Shown: positions 45,288-55,029, numbered from the stretch's first letter. The stretch: 64,000 nt of DNA from Candidatus Kryptoniota bacterium (GCA_046705025.1 JBJKQU010000030.1:181-64180), one strand, 5' to 3'. The notes: generated by a model from the sequence alone, not told the origin. Numbers and translations are program-made.

Positions 45288-46385
45288 ATGCGTTGGTCGA
45301 TCCCCGTCGGCAGGCTTTTCGGCATCCCGATAAGAGTACACCTCACTTTCCTCGTCCTGCTAGGATTTATTTGGTACCTCGAATCCTCTATGAGCGGTCC
45401 GGAAGCCGGATTGCGCAGCTTGGCCTTCTGGACGCTGATTTTCATCTGTGTTCTTCTACACGAGCTCGGACATAGCCTCGTGGCAAAATCATATGGACTC
45501 ACGATCACATCCATTATCCTTCTGCCTATAGGCGGGGTCTCACAGATTTCCGAGATACCGCGCGATCCCGTCAAGGAAGTAGGGATGACTATCGCGGGGC
45601 CGATTGTCAATTTCGTGCTGGCCGGCGTTCTGCTGTTTTTCGGAAAATTGCTCGACCCCTCGCTGCAATTCTCGCAAATATCGCTCCAGAGCGGCAGCGT
45701 GATTGTCGACCTCTTCTGGGCGAACATAATGCTCGGACTTTTCAACATTATACCCGCATATCCTATGGACGGCGGCAGGATACTTCGAGGCTTCATCGCC
45801 ATGCGCAAGGAATACAGTGAAGCCACAAGGCTCGCAGCCGATATCGGAAAAATGTTTGCGATCGGGTTCATCGTGGTCGGCCTCTTTTATAACTGGTGGC
45901 TGATCCTGATTGGGATATTCATTTTTAGCGGGGCGAATTCAGAGGCGGAAGCTGCACTGGTCTCTTCAGCTCTCGAAAAAATTATGGTAAGCGAACTAAT
46001 GATCACGGACTTCAAGACGATCTCGCCCAATGAACCCTTGACCGCCGTCGTCGATAAATCACTACATACATTTCAGAACGACTTCCCCGTCATGGATAAC
46101 GGCAGGTTTGTAGGCATCCTTACCCGATCTTCCGTGATCGAGTCTCTGCACAACCACCTGCACGACAAGATGGTCGGGGAAATCGCACGGAAGAATTTCC
46201 CGGTGATATTGACGAGACAGACTGCTGCCGAAGCTCTCAGCACGATGCGGGCATCAAACGTGACCGTCGCTCCCGTCGAGGAGAACGGCGTACTTTACGG
46301 AATAATAACAATAGAAAAACTTCTTGAAGCATCGGACGTGTTCTCCGATAGGAGTCCCTCAAACAATGAAAAAACGAAGCAATAA
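45288..46385 (+). CDS. site-2 (M50) metalloprotease with tandem CBS domains
   Basis: HELGHSLVAK (HExxH) in a TM helix, NIIPAYPMDGGRIL (NxxPxxxxDG), and a C-terminal CBS pair (..FPVMDNGRFVGILTR.., ..APVEENGVLYGIITI..). Confidence 0.85.
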   Translation: MRWSIPVGRLFGIPIRVHLTFLVLLGFIWYLESSMSGPEAGLRSLAFWTLIFICVLLHELGHSLVAKSYGLTITSIILLPIGGVSQISEIPRDPVKEVGMTIAGPIVNFVLAGVLLFFGKLLDPSLQFSQISLQSGSVIVDLFWANIMLGLFNIIPAYPMDGGRILRGFIAMRKEYSEATRLAADIGKMFAIGFIVVGLFYNWWLILIGIFIFSGANSEAEAALVSSALEKIMVSELMITDFKTISPNEPLTAVVDKSLHTFQNDFPVMDNGRFVGILTRSSVIESLHNHLHDKMVGEIARKNFPVILTRQTAAEALSTMRASNVTVAPVEENGVLYGIITIEKLLEASDVFSDRSPSNNEKTKQ

Positions 46386-47652
46386 TCCGCTTTTCAAGCC
46401 TGTATTAATCGTGTCTCTGGCTCTGCTCGGAGCCTCTATTCTCGTGTCCGGATGTGCACCTGCGATGAGATCGTTTGCACCCGATCTCAAAAACACACTT
46501 TTCCCTCCCCGGTTCGGGTTCTTCATAATCAATTATCCTTCAATATCATCTGACTCGTCGAGGGGCGATCTGTACGCCAGGATCAGGTACGACGACATAG
46601 TCTTCGTGCATACGGACTCCGGTTTCGGAGCGCACTACCAGTTCTCCGTGAACATCTTTGCAGATAAAGACCTTTCGCAGCTAATGTACACGAAGATCTT
46701 CAACCGGGAGATCAACGTGCCGGCTTACGCGGAAACGAATTCGACAGCGATGTTCGACACTCTGGAGGACCAGATGACCCTTCCTCCGGGAAGGTATTAC
46801 GTCGTGCTGAAGCTGTACGATTTCAATACTAACCATTCGTCGACTCGGGAATTTGAACACACATTCAAGGATTTCCTGCGGGATCCGGTAGACATCAGCG
46901 ATGTTTTGCTCTACACCCATGTGCACCAGACCGGGGTCCCGGTCAGCAGAGTAAAGAGCGGTGTCGACAGTCTCATCGCGAGGTTTTTCGTTACGGCTAA
47001 GGACATCCCCGCAAACGTCCGGCTGGGCGTCACGGCAAGGTCTGCCGAGGTGCCGACGGCTATGGACACGACTTACGAACTCCGGCAGACGAGGAACGTC
47101 CAGCAGTACCGCCTTCCAATCGAGATTAGCGGTCTCGCGCCCGGCACATACGATTTCAGGGTGACCGTCGAAGCGAAGGGGAAGAGAAACTCGTCGGAGG
47201 CGACGTTCGAAGTATTGCGCGGCAAAGTCCCGCTGTCATCGGCGGAACTAAACCAGGCGATCACACCCCTGATATACATCGCGACTTCGGACGAGTTGGA
47301 TTCACTGAAAGAAGGAACGTTCAAGGAGCGGCAGAAGCGATTCCTTGACTTCTGGCTTTCCCGCACGGACGGAAACAAGGAAGCCGCGGAGGCTATGCGG
47401 GGCGAGTTTTACAGGAGAGTCGACTTCGCTAATGAGCACTTCAACGGCGGGCCTGAAAAGGGCTGGCGCTCTGACAGGGGAAGGATTTACGTTATTTATG
47501 GTCCGCCTGACGAAGTTGACGACCACAGCAATAACTTCAATTCACCGCCCTATCAGATATGGTATTACTATTCGCTCAGACTGGAATTTGTCTTCCTCGA
47601 CGAATTCGGGACCGGCAACTATCAGCTTGTCCAGTCGAGCGAATTGCAGTAA
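46366..47652 (+). CDS. GWxTD domain-containing lipoprotein
   Basis: ATG 46366 lies after AGGAG (the track ORF starts at 46324). Lipobox LVSGC. C-terminal GWRSDRGRIYVIYGPPDEV...YQIWYY is the GWxTD signature. Confidence 0.75.
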   Translation: MKKRSNNPLFKPVLIVSLALLGASILVSGCAPAMRSFAPDLKNTLFPPRFGFFIINYPSISSDSSRGDLYARIRYDDIVFVHTDSGFGAHYQFSVNIFADKDLSQLMYTKIFNREINVPAYAETNSTAMFDTLEDQMTLPPGRYYVVLKLYDFNTNHSSTREFEHTFKDFLRDPVDISDVLLYTHVHQTGVPVSRVKSGVDSLIARFFVTAKDIPANVRLGVTARSAEVPTAMDTTYELRQTRNVQQYRLPIEISGLAPGTYDFRVTVEAKGKRNSSEATFEVLRGKVPLSSAELNQAITPLIYIATSDELDSLKEGTFKERQKRFLDFWLSRTDGNKEAAEAMRGEFYRRVDFANEHFNGGPEKGWRSDRGRIYVIYGPPDEVDDHSNNFNSPPYQIWYYYSLRLEFVFLDEFGTGNYQLVQSSELQ

Positions 47653-47663
47653 CCCGGCTCGTG

Positions 47664-47693
47664 ATCACCCTTCCCGGTTTCGGGAAGGGTGAT
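47664..47693 (+). terminator. 13-bp-stem hairpin after the GWxTD gene
   Basis: atcacccttcccg (47664-47676) - gttt - cgggaagggtgat (47681-47693), 12 nt after the stop. Confidence 0.5.
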
Positions 47694-47859
47694 GGCACCG
47701 CATTGTTTACCCGATCCACTTCAACCATTTCACAGACAGCATCATCAGAACCGGCAGGGGGGCTGCGTCTTCGTTATATCCTTTATGCAATCAAACCAGG
47801 AACCGCATTCAGGCGTCGATTTGATTGTTGCGATTATCTTACATTACAGTAGTATTCAG

Positions 47860-49431
47860 ATGAGAATGCGGTATCTCTACTTTGTAATTCTCGCGTTGAT
47901 CACGCTTCCTGCGGGTCTCCTGGCTCAGAGTCAGGACACCGCCAAGGTGCGCCAAAATAGTCCCGTGTTCAAGGATTACAGGCCGCCGGGTCCGGGTCAG
48001 CTCGTCCGGCCATCGGATGTTGTGTACCAGCTCTGGGAGGGATTCGTTCTTGTGCGACAGGCAAACGACGGAGACCCTGCGGCCCAGAACGAGCTGGGAC
48101 TGCGTTACCTCGTGGGGAAAGGTTTTCCCGTCGACACTGCGCGTGCAGTATACTGGATACGAAGGGCCGCCGAACAAAACATGTCGATCGCGCAATACAA
48201 CCTCGGCGTCTTCCTCAACAACGGATGGGGAGTGAAATGGGACCCGTTCAAGGCATTCGATGAATTCAAGGCAGCAGCCGCGCAGCATCTTCCGGACGCT
48301 GAGTTTGCGATGGGACTTTGTTATACCGACAATCTGATAGTGGACCGGAACTGGGATACCGCTTATCATTGGCTGAAGGCGGCCGCCGATCAAAAATACG
48401 AACCTGCGCGGCAGGTACTGCTGGAGTTCGCCCGCAGGCGGATTCCCGTACCGGTTGACAGCGTTAACGCTACGGCACCTAACGCTGTCAGAGACACCTC
48501 TTCGCGCGGAGCGGTCAAGTCGTTCGAGCTTGTCTACATCAACTTCGGGTCCGACACCACGTCTCACGTCAGTGATCTGACTCTGCTGAATGAAGCCTTG
48601 CGCGAGGGGAGCAAGGAAATCAGGAAAGCGCTCGGAGTATCTACGCTGTTTGAGAAAGGCAACGAAAAAAATGCTGACGCCGTCAGCATCATTCAAAAGG
48701 CAGCCGATGTGGGAAGCCCTGAAGCGCTTGTACTTCTCGGGCGATGCTACCAGGAAGGGGTCGGCGTCCCGAAGGACAGGATACTTGCCGCTGAGGAATA
48801 CCTTCGTGCGGCACGAATGGACTCCCGTCACGCCCTCACACTTCTCCTTCACCTTGTACGCGAGGATGGGTTCCCGGAGGAAGTCGAGTCGCTGGCGAAG
48901 AAGGGAAACAACGACGCTGCATTTGTATGGGTCGGATTAACCGAGCTCGGACTCGATCAGCGAATCTCGGATAGCCAGGCGTTCCACCTCCTCGTCGGCG
49001 CAGCAGACCACGGCAACATTCCCTCGCTTATCGAGCTTGGGCGCTGCTATTACACTGGGCAGTGGACGAAACCGGATCCGGTGATGGGCAGGAAGTGCTG
49101 GCTGCACGCCGTTGCTCTTGGGAGCCGCGAGGCCAAGATCCGACTTGCCGCGGCGGCGATAATTGCCGACAGCAATTCAACAGACTCTTCTGTCGCAGAC
49201 ACAATCGGCATCCTCAGTTCTGCGTCGAACGATGGGTCGCTGTTGGCTCGAGTCGCTCTCGGCTATTGCTACCAAAACGGAATAGGAGTGCCCCAGAGCA
49301 CGCCGGAGGCGGTCAAGCTCTACCGGGAATGTGCGCAGCGTGGAAGCCAGACCGCGTATCATGCTCTCGAAGCGATGTACAACCGGCTTCGACCCAGTGG
49401 AAAAGAGTTTCAGATAACGGAACAAAACTGA
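47860..49431 (+). CDS. Sel1-like (SLR/TPR) repeat protein, secreted
   Basis: The likely start ATG 47860 gives the signal peptide MRMRYLYFVILALITLPAGLLAQ (the track ORF starts at 47689, inside the upstream hairpin). Multiple Sel1 units are present (AQNELGLRYLVGKG.., AQYNLGVFLNNGWG.., AEFAMGLCY.., LVLLGRCYQEGVGV.., RVALGYCYQNGIGV..). Confidence 0.8.
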   Translation: MRMRYLYFVILALITLPAGLLAQSQDTAKVRQNSPVFKDYRPPGPGQLVRPSDVVYQLWEGFVLVRQANDGDPAAQNELGLRYLVGKGFPVDTARAVYWIRRAAEQNMSIAQYNLGVFLNNGWGVKWDPFKAFDEFKAAAAQHLPDAEFAMGLCYTDNLIVDRNWDTAYHWLKAAADQKYEPARQVLLEFARRRIPVPVDSVNATAPNAVRDTSSRGAVKSFELVYINFGSDTTSHVSDLTLLNEALREGSKEIRKALGVSTLFEKGNEKNADAVSIIQKAADVGSPEALVLLGRCYQEGVGVPKDRILAAEEYLRAARMDSRHALTLLLHLVREDGFPEEVESLAKKGNNDAAFVWVGLTELGLDQRISDSQAFHLLVGAADHGNIPSLIELGRCYYTGQWTKPDPVMGRKCWLHAVALGSREAKIRLAAAAIIADSNSTDSSVADTIGILSSASNDGSLLARVALGYCYQNGIGVPQSTPEAVKLYRECAQRGSQTAYHALEAMYNRLRPSGKEFQITEQN

Positions 49432-49435
49432 TCCC

Positions 49436-49460
49436 CGGTCAGATTACGCGATTCTGACCG
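49436..49460 (+). terminator. terminator-like hairpin after the Sel1-repeat gene
   Basis: cggtcaga (49436-49443) / tctgaccg (49453-49460), 9-nt loop, no U-tract. Confidence 0.35.
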
Positions 49461-49626
49461 AAAGTGCCCCCCCGCCGTCTGCGTTTACGCGGAGAAGATC
49501 AAGAAAACGGCACTACCGCATCTGCTGTAAGGAAAGGATGCCCCTCGTTTCTGGACCCCGAAGCCCCAGCCCGGTTCGCCCCCTCGCACTGTCACTACCA
49601 CCGGCAAACCTGCCGGTAGAGAGCAA

Positions 49627-50181
49627 TCATTTTCCCTCGTCGACAGAAGATACCACCGAATAATGTGTCTGGACATCGCCTCGCTTTATTCTGGAGAGCC
49701 TTGGTTTGAGGAGTTGCCTCTTGACACCCGACAGGCGGTTAATGAAGAACTTCTGCTGGAGGTGATCGTATTCATGCTGGAACACGCGTGCCCACATACC
49801 CGTGAGCTCCGTCTCGATGCGCTCGAAGCTGCCATCCGTAAAGCGCACCTTTATCGAGTCGGCGCGGGTCACCTCGTCGCGGACACCGGGAACGCTCAAG
49901 CAGCCCTCTTCCATAACATATTCTCCGCTCGATTCCAGAATCTCCGGGTTAATCACGACAAGCGGTTTCTCATCCTTGTAATCGTCCATCACCGAGATAT
50001 CCATCACCGCGAGGGATATAGGAAGCCCTACCTGATTAGCTGCAAGACCGATCCCGTCCGCATTTTCCATGGTCTCAAACATATCCCGTATCAGCCCCAC
50101 GAGTTTGCCGTCGAACTTCGTGATTCTTTTCGGCGGACTGTTCCATACTCGTGTTCCATATAAGTAGATCGGCATTATCAT
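49627..50181 (-). CDS. def: peptide deformylase
   Basis: GIGLAANQVG, EGCLSVPG, and HEYDHL motifs. Confidence 0.9.
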   Translation of the reverse strand: MIMPIYLYGTRVWNSPPKRITKFDGKLVGLIRDMFETMENADGIGLAANQVGLPISLAVMDISVMDDYKDEKPLVVINPEILESSGEYVMEEGCLSVPGVRDEVTRADSIKVRFTDGSFERIETELTGMWARVFQHEYDHLQQKFFINRLSGVKRQLLKPRLSRIKRGDVQTHYSVVSSVDEGK

Positions 50182-50187
50182 AGTGAA

Positions 50188-51093
50188 TCACTCCAGCATT
50201 TCGGGTTTGACTTTAATTACCTCAACTTGATTTTCTTTGTACAGCACTCCCTCACCAGCGTAAAAAATAAGTTTTGAAACAATTCTAAGCAAAACAAAAA
50301 TCTGGCCTACAACTATTTCGAGTAAGACAGCACCCTCCGTATCTGCATGAGTATTGAAATTAAAGAAAAAGTAGGCCGCAATTACTGCCCCGCTCATAAA
50401 CATACATCCCAGATAAACACCCAGGCTGGAAAAAGGGTGCGAAACGGCAAATTCAAAACCGCTTCTTACCTTGCCCCAGTAGTAGTCGTCGTCCGTCGCG
50501 ACCGCGACTCTCACGAAGTCCGAGACGGCGCTGATCACGATGAACGCCGCCGCGACGGCTGCATACCTCCATAGATCGGCGCGCAATATCAGGTAGTCCG
50601 ACAAGACCGTCTTCGAAGCCTGTGAATTAATTGATGCCCAGATCGAATTACCCTCGTAAAGGAGGACCAAAACGCCCACTTCGGCGATCGTGATGCCAAG
50701 CAGCGGAAAGAAGGATGAAGCTCCTTTCGCAAAAAATTCCCCCGGTGTCTTTCTCTTACTGTTTGAGAAAGAGAAATAGAAACCGCCTGCGAAGAACACT
50801 TCCACCAACAAATAAAGAATAAACACAGCAACCACCTGCGGGAAAAGAGAATTGAAGAAACCGCCGTTTGCGTGAATGAATTCGACATACCACCTGTAAC
50901 TGAAGCCCTTCATCAGCTCATCTCCCAGCAGGCTTCGCGAGACATCTTCGGCAAAAATCGTCGCTATCGGAAGGGTAAGAACGGCGGCAAAAACGAAATT
51001 GAAGACATAAAATATGAGCAAAAGCCGCCAGCCCTTGACGGCCCTGACGATACCTATGCCGATAGCCTCGCGCGCGCCGGTGTTGATGGTCAA
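50188..51093 (-). CDS. polytopic membrane protein of unknown function
   Basis: Six to seven hydrophobic helices and no recognised motif. It is tightly coupled to its neighbours: a 4-nt overlap upstream and a 6-nt gap to def. Confidence 0.6.
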   Translation of the reverse strand: MTINTGAREAIGIGIVRAVKGWRLLLIFYVFNFVFAAVLTLPIATIFAEDVSRSLLGDELMKGFSYRWYVEFIHANGGFFNSLFPQVVAVFILYLLVEVFFAGGFYFSFSNSKRKTPGEFFAKGASSFFPLLGITIAEVGVLVLLYEGNSIWASINSQASKTVLSDYLILRADLWRYAAVAAAFIVISAVSDFVRVAVATDDDYYWGKVRSGFEFAVSHPFSSLGVYLGCMFMSGAVIAAYFFFNFNTHADTEGAVLLEIVVGQIFVLLRIVSKLIFYAGEGVLYKENQVEVIKVKPEMLE

Positions 51094-53111
51094 TCGAACA
51101 CTCCGATGTTAAGCAGGACATGCTGGAAATAAGTGAAGATCCTCCCAACCCATTTCAGGACCGGGGTCAGATGTTCCCTCACGGTCAGGCTGTTATTTGC
51201 GTAGTCGATGTCGATCGGAATCTTGTGAAACGGGTCGAGCTGGGCGTAACTCGGCGCGGAACTCGTTCGAAAATGGAAAGCCTGCCAGCGGCTCTGACCG
51301 TTCCATACCGTATCAACGGAGCTCCCGTCGTAAAGAGAAAGCCTGAGGTCCACGGGCATCCTTACTTCTCCGTTCCGTGCAACTACGACTGTCGTGACAA
51401 AGGTCGACGCACCGCTATTCAGGTCGGTTTCCTTGTAGTAACCGATCGACTTGACTGCAAAATCGACGACGCCGGTTCCTCGAATGAACTGGTCGAAGAA
51501 CCAATCCAGCTTTTTCCCTGATACCTCCTCGCATACCTTCTCAAAGTCCTGGCCCGCAGGATGTTTGAACCTGAACTCCTGGAAATAGGTCCGCAAAACA
51601 TTTCCCATCGTTTGGGGGCCGAGAACACCTTCGAGAGTGCTGAGGACAAGCTCGGGTTTGTTGTATGCGATCGTCCGATATGCACCGCGGTCATACGCTT
51701 TGTATCCGAACTCCGATATTGCATCCGTCCTGGCATACTGCAGATAGAGAGGAAGCCGATTATATGGCTCGTGAATCCACACCTTTCCGATGAGCGCAGC
51801 TAGGGGTACACCGGCAACTTCCCAAATCGGGTACAAATAGACCGGATACACTTCGTCAACACGATAAACGGAAGCGTTTGGTCCATAGGCCTTCTCGAGG
51901 ACTTTACCGGTCGAATAGGAATTCAACCCTTCGTCGAGCCACGCCTCCTCGAATTCGTTGCTGGCAACCATCCCGTACCAATACTGGTGACCGAACTCAT
52001 GGATGGTGACGACTTCGGGCGAGAGGAAATGCTTCAGCGTGTAATCCTCGGTACCGGCAGCAATAAGAGTCGGATATTCCATTCCACCTACACCCACAGT
52101 TCGAGGAGGATCGACGACGGTCAGAACCGGATAAGGATAAGGACCGTACCAAAGTCCGAAATACTTGATCGCGGTATCGATCGCAGCGAAATATCTGTCT
52201 TCCTGCCGCATGTGCTCGGGCTGCAGGAGGAGAATTACCTCCGTCTGCGGGAGCCCGGGACACTTGAACAATCTCCTACGATAGACAAAATCCGGAGATG
52301 CAGTCCAGGCAAAATCGTGAACGCTGTCGGCCACATAGTGATAAATCATCGTTCCATCGGGACTCATCTCCTCGCCGACTCGCACACCGGTCGCGCCGAC
52401 GATATACTGCAGAGGAGCGCTAATGTTGACGTCGTAGGTGCCGAAGTCGGCAAAGAATTCCGTAAACGCACGAAATTGATGGCAATTCCACTTTCCTCCC
52501 TCAAAAACCCCGATTTTAGGGAACCACTGTGCTGCAAAGTAGAACTGCCTCCCCGGCGCCCAGCCGCTCCTTGAGAATCCCTCGGGCAGCTGCTCATGGA
52601 ACCGAATCTTCAATTTAATTGAATCTTTCGGCGCTATCGGCTCGGTCAGCTGCACCATAAGAACCGTGCTGTCGAAAGGATTATCGTCGTCAGGTTGGAC
52701 GTACGTTGATCTGCTCAGAAGATCCTCGTCGCTTCTCATATCGGTCATCGCAAGGAGATCGATCCAGCCGCGTGCCCCGGAGGAAATCTTCCTGCCGCTT
52801 TCCTGCATGTAAGTTGTCCGGTTGCTCTTGAAGGCATTCGGGTACATGTGGAAGTAAAGTGTGCTGATGTTCTGGGTGGAGGTGTTGTGCCATGTAAGGA
52901 TCTCGCTCCCTTCGAGTGTGTGGTCATGAGGATTCAGACTTACATCGATTGCGTAGTCCGCGATCCGAGTGGCAGGGGTCTGGGAGAAAGCAACTCCAGC
53001 AAGCGCACATTCGGCGGCCAATAACATGGCTGCCAGGAATAATGGAAAGTCGGAAAAATGGAATCCGATGATGTCTGCCTGCGCGTTGCGGCTGACACGG
53101 TGCGGACTCAT
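51090..53111 (-). CDS. M1-family zinc metallopeptidase (aminopeptidase N-like)
   Basis: GGMEYPTLI (GxMEN-like) and HEFGHQYWYGMVASNEFEEAWLDEGLNSY (HExxH-X18-E). Signal/anchor N-terminus. Confidence 0.85.
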   Translation of the reverse strand: MSPHRVSRNAQADIIGFHFSDFPLFLAAMLLAAECALAGVAFSQTPATRIADYAIDVSLNPHDHTLEGSEILTWHNTSTQNISTLYFHMYPNAFKSNRTTYMQESGRKISSGARGWIDLLAMTDMRSDEDLLSRSTYVQPDDDNPFDSTVLMVQLTEPIAPKDSIKLKIRFHEQLPEGFSRSGWAPGRQFYFAAQWFPKIGVFEGGKWNCHQFRAFTEFFADFGTYDVNISAPLQYIVGATGVRVGEEMSPDGTMIYHYVADSVHDFAWTASPDFVYRRRLFKCPGLPQTEVILLLQPEHMRQEDRYFAAIDTAIKYFGLWYGPYPYPVLTVVDPPRTVGVGGMEYPTLIAAGTEDYTLKHFLSPEVVTIHEFGHQYWYGMVASNEFEEAWLDEGLNSYSTGKVLEKAYGPNASVYRVDEVYPVYLYPIWEVAGVPLAALIGKVWIHEPYNRLPLYLQYARTDAISEFGYKAYDRGAYRTIAYNKPELVLSTLEGVLGPQTMGNVLRTYFQEFRFKHPAGQDFEKVCEEVSGKKLDWFFDQFIRGTGVVDFAVKSIGYYKETDLNSGASTFVTTVVVARNGEVRMPVDLRLSLYDGSSVDTVWNGQSRWQAFHFRTSSAPSYAQLDPFHKIPIDIDYANNSLTVREHLTPVLKWVGRIFTYFQHVLLNIGVFD

Positions 53112-53599
53112 TTCTTGATCGCGTTTTCGATTTGTTGCTTCACCGCGAGGTACCCCTGATAATCTACGTTGCTCTGTAGTGCGATCGTCTCCGGGAAATC
53201 GGAGGGGATCTTGTTGCCCCCCTTGGTACTATATGGAATGAGTTTAGACGAAATTCCGATTACACTTATCAGCCTTGGCCCATACATCTGTTCGAGGGAT
53301 GAGTGGATGTGGTCGCAGAGTCCGTTATATGCGGAGTTTACCTCCGGATATTTTCCGGTCACGAGGTTGGCCGCGATGAATCCGGCATACAGATTCGTGT
53401 TCCCGCCCTTCCTGATCCCGTCCGCGAAGTCCTCCTGTGCTTTCGCGTATTGACCCGCTTTGAAGGCGTTCATTCCCAAATCATAATATTGGGCGGGCTT
53501 TTTCGAACAGGACACAATCGATATTGCCATCAATAACAATATCGGAATAATCCAATGCCCGGTATACCGGTCAGAGTTCAGAATCCGTAAGATTTCCAC
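53108..53599 (-). CDS. small lipoprotein, TPR-like helical
   Basis: Lipobox ISIVSCS, and a helical hairpin YYDLGMNAFKAGQYAKAQEDFADGI. There is a 4-nt overlap with the M1 peptidase gene. Confidence 0.55.
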   Translation of the reverse strand: MEILRILNSDRYTGHWIIPILLLMAISIVSCSKKPAQYYDLGMNAFKAGQYAKAQEDFADGIRKGGNTNLYAGFIAANLVTGKYPEVNSAYNGLCDHIHSSLEQMYGPRLISVIGISSKLIPYSTKGGNKIPSDFPETIALQSNVDYQGYLAVKQQIENAIKK

Positions 53600-55029
53600 T
53601 TCGAGTCCACCAGTCTTTTAATTTCTTCCGACATGACAATCTTGTCCGGCCAAGGACGCGTGAAACCTTCGTCCGGCCATTTGCGGGTGCCGTCGATCCC
53701 CATCTTAGTCCCGAAGCTGAAGTGCTGGGCAGAATGGTCGAGCACATCCGCGGGTCCTTTCGTGAAGATGACGTCCCGCTGCGGGTCGATGTTGTTCAGC
53801 GCGTACCACCAGGCTTCCGAAGTATTCTGAACGTTGACATCTTTGTCGACGACCACGATGACCTTTGCGAACATCATTTGTCCCATCCCCCACAAGCCGT
53901 TCATGACCTTGAACGCATGGCCCGGATACTGCTTGTCAATCGAGGCAAACACAAGGTTATGGAAGATCCCTTCAAACGGCATGTGGTAGTCGACAAGTTC
54001 CGGCATCACGAGCTTGGCGAGAGGGAGGAAAATTCTCTCGGTCGCGTATCCCATCCAATCGTCTTCCATGATCGGCTGGCCGACGACGGTAGAGACAAAC
54101 ACGGGCTTCTTCCGTGTCGTAACCGCAGTGACGTGGAAGGCCGGGTAATAGTCAGCCAGTGAGTAGAAGCCGGTATGGTCACCGAAAGGTCCCTCCAGAC
54201 GCAGCTCTTCTTCGGTATCCACATAGCCTTCCAGGACAATCTCCGACTCTGCCGGAACTTCGAGATCGACAGTCTTACACTTGACAAGCTCGACCGGGTC
54301 CTTCCTGAGAAAACCGGCAAAGAGGTACTCCTCGATACTCTCGGGCAAGGGGGCGCTTGTGCTGTACATAGTAGCGGGATCGGAGCCGACCACGACAGCG
54401 ACTTCAAGCCTCTTCATTCCCTTTTCCTTGGCCTTCCTGAAGTGCGCGGCCCCTCCCTTATGCCGCTGCCAGTGCATCGCCGTCGTGTTCCTGTCGAGCA
54501 CCTGTAGGCGGTAAAGTCCCATGTTGCGCGTGCCCGTTTCGGGGTCCCTGGTGACAACCTGCCCGAAGAGGATGTACGGCCCGCCGTCCTGCGGCCACGA
54601 AGTGGTAATCGGAAGCTTGTACAGGTCCACCTCCTTGTCGTTAATAATAACTTCCTGGCATGGGCCCTTTTTCACGAGCTTTGGCGGGAATTTAGCCATT
54701 TCCATCAGTTTCGGCATCATAGCCATTTTACCGAGCAGCGATTCCGGGACTTTCACATTCAACATCTCGGATAGTCTGTCGCCGATCTCGTCCAGGCTCT
54801 CCACTCCGAGCGCCCACGCCATCCTCTGCCTGGTGCCGAACAGGTTGATTGCCAGGGGAATGCTGCTCCCCTTCACATTCGTAAAAAGGAGGGCGGGGCC
54901 GCCGGACTTGACCACGCGGTCGACGATCTCGGTGATCTCCAGCCGAGCATCGACCTCCGTATCTATTGCTTTGAGTTCGTGCTTCTTCCTTAAGAATTGA
55001 ATAAACTCATTGAGATTATTGAAGGCCAT
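53578..55029 (-). CDS. UbiD-family (prenyl-FMN-dependent) decarboxylase, likely quinone biosynthesis
   Basis: 483 aa. N-terminus LNEFIQFLRKKHELKAIDTEVDARLEITEI, then GGPALLFTNVKGS, YRLQV.., HWQ.HKGGA, and GPFGDHTGFY. Confidence 0.8.
   Translation of the reverse strand: MAFNNLNEFIQFLRKKHELKAIDTEVDARLEITEIVDRVVKSGGPALLFTNVKGSSIPLAINLFGTRQRMAWALGVESLDEIGDRLSEMLNVKVPESLLGKMAMMPKLMEMAKFPPKLVKKGPCQEVIINDKEVDLYKLPITTSWPQDGGPYILFGQVVTRDPETGTRNMGLYRLQVLDRNTTAMHWQRHKGGAAHFRKAKEKGMKRLEVAVVVGSDPATMYSTSAPLPESIEEYLFAGFLRKDPVELVKCKTVDLEVPAESEIVLEGYVDTEEELRLEGPFGDHTGFYSLADYYPAFHVTAVTTRKKPVFVSTVVGQPIMEDDWMGYATERIFLPLAKLVMPELVDYHMPFEGIFHNLVFASIDKQYPGHAFKVMNGLWGMGQMMFAKVIVVVDKDVNVQNTSEAWWYALNNIDPQRDVIFTKGPADVLDHSAQHFSFGTKMGIDGTRKWPDEGFTRPWPDKIVMSEEIKRLVDSKWKSYGF

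Noticed and set aside
45239-45871. 210-aa minus-strand ORF
   Set aside because: It is antisense to the M50 protease gene, which carries HELGH and NxxPxxxxDG motifs. I treat it as a shadow ORF.
47839-48852. 337-aa minus-strand ORF
   Set aside because: It is antisense to the Sel1-repeat gene, whose repeats are clearly readable. It has no motifs of its own.
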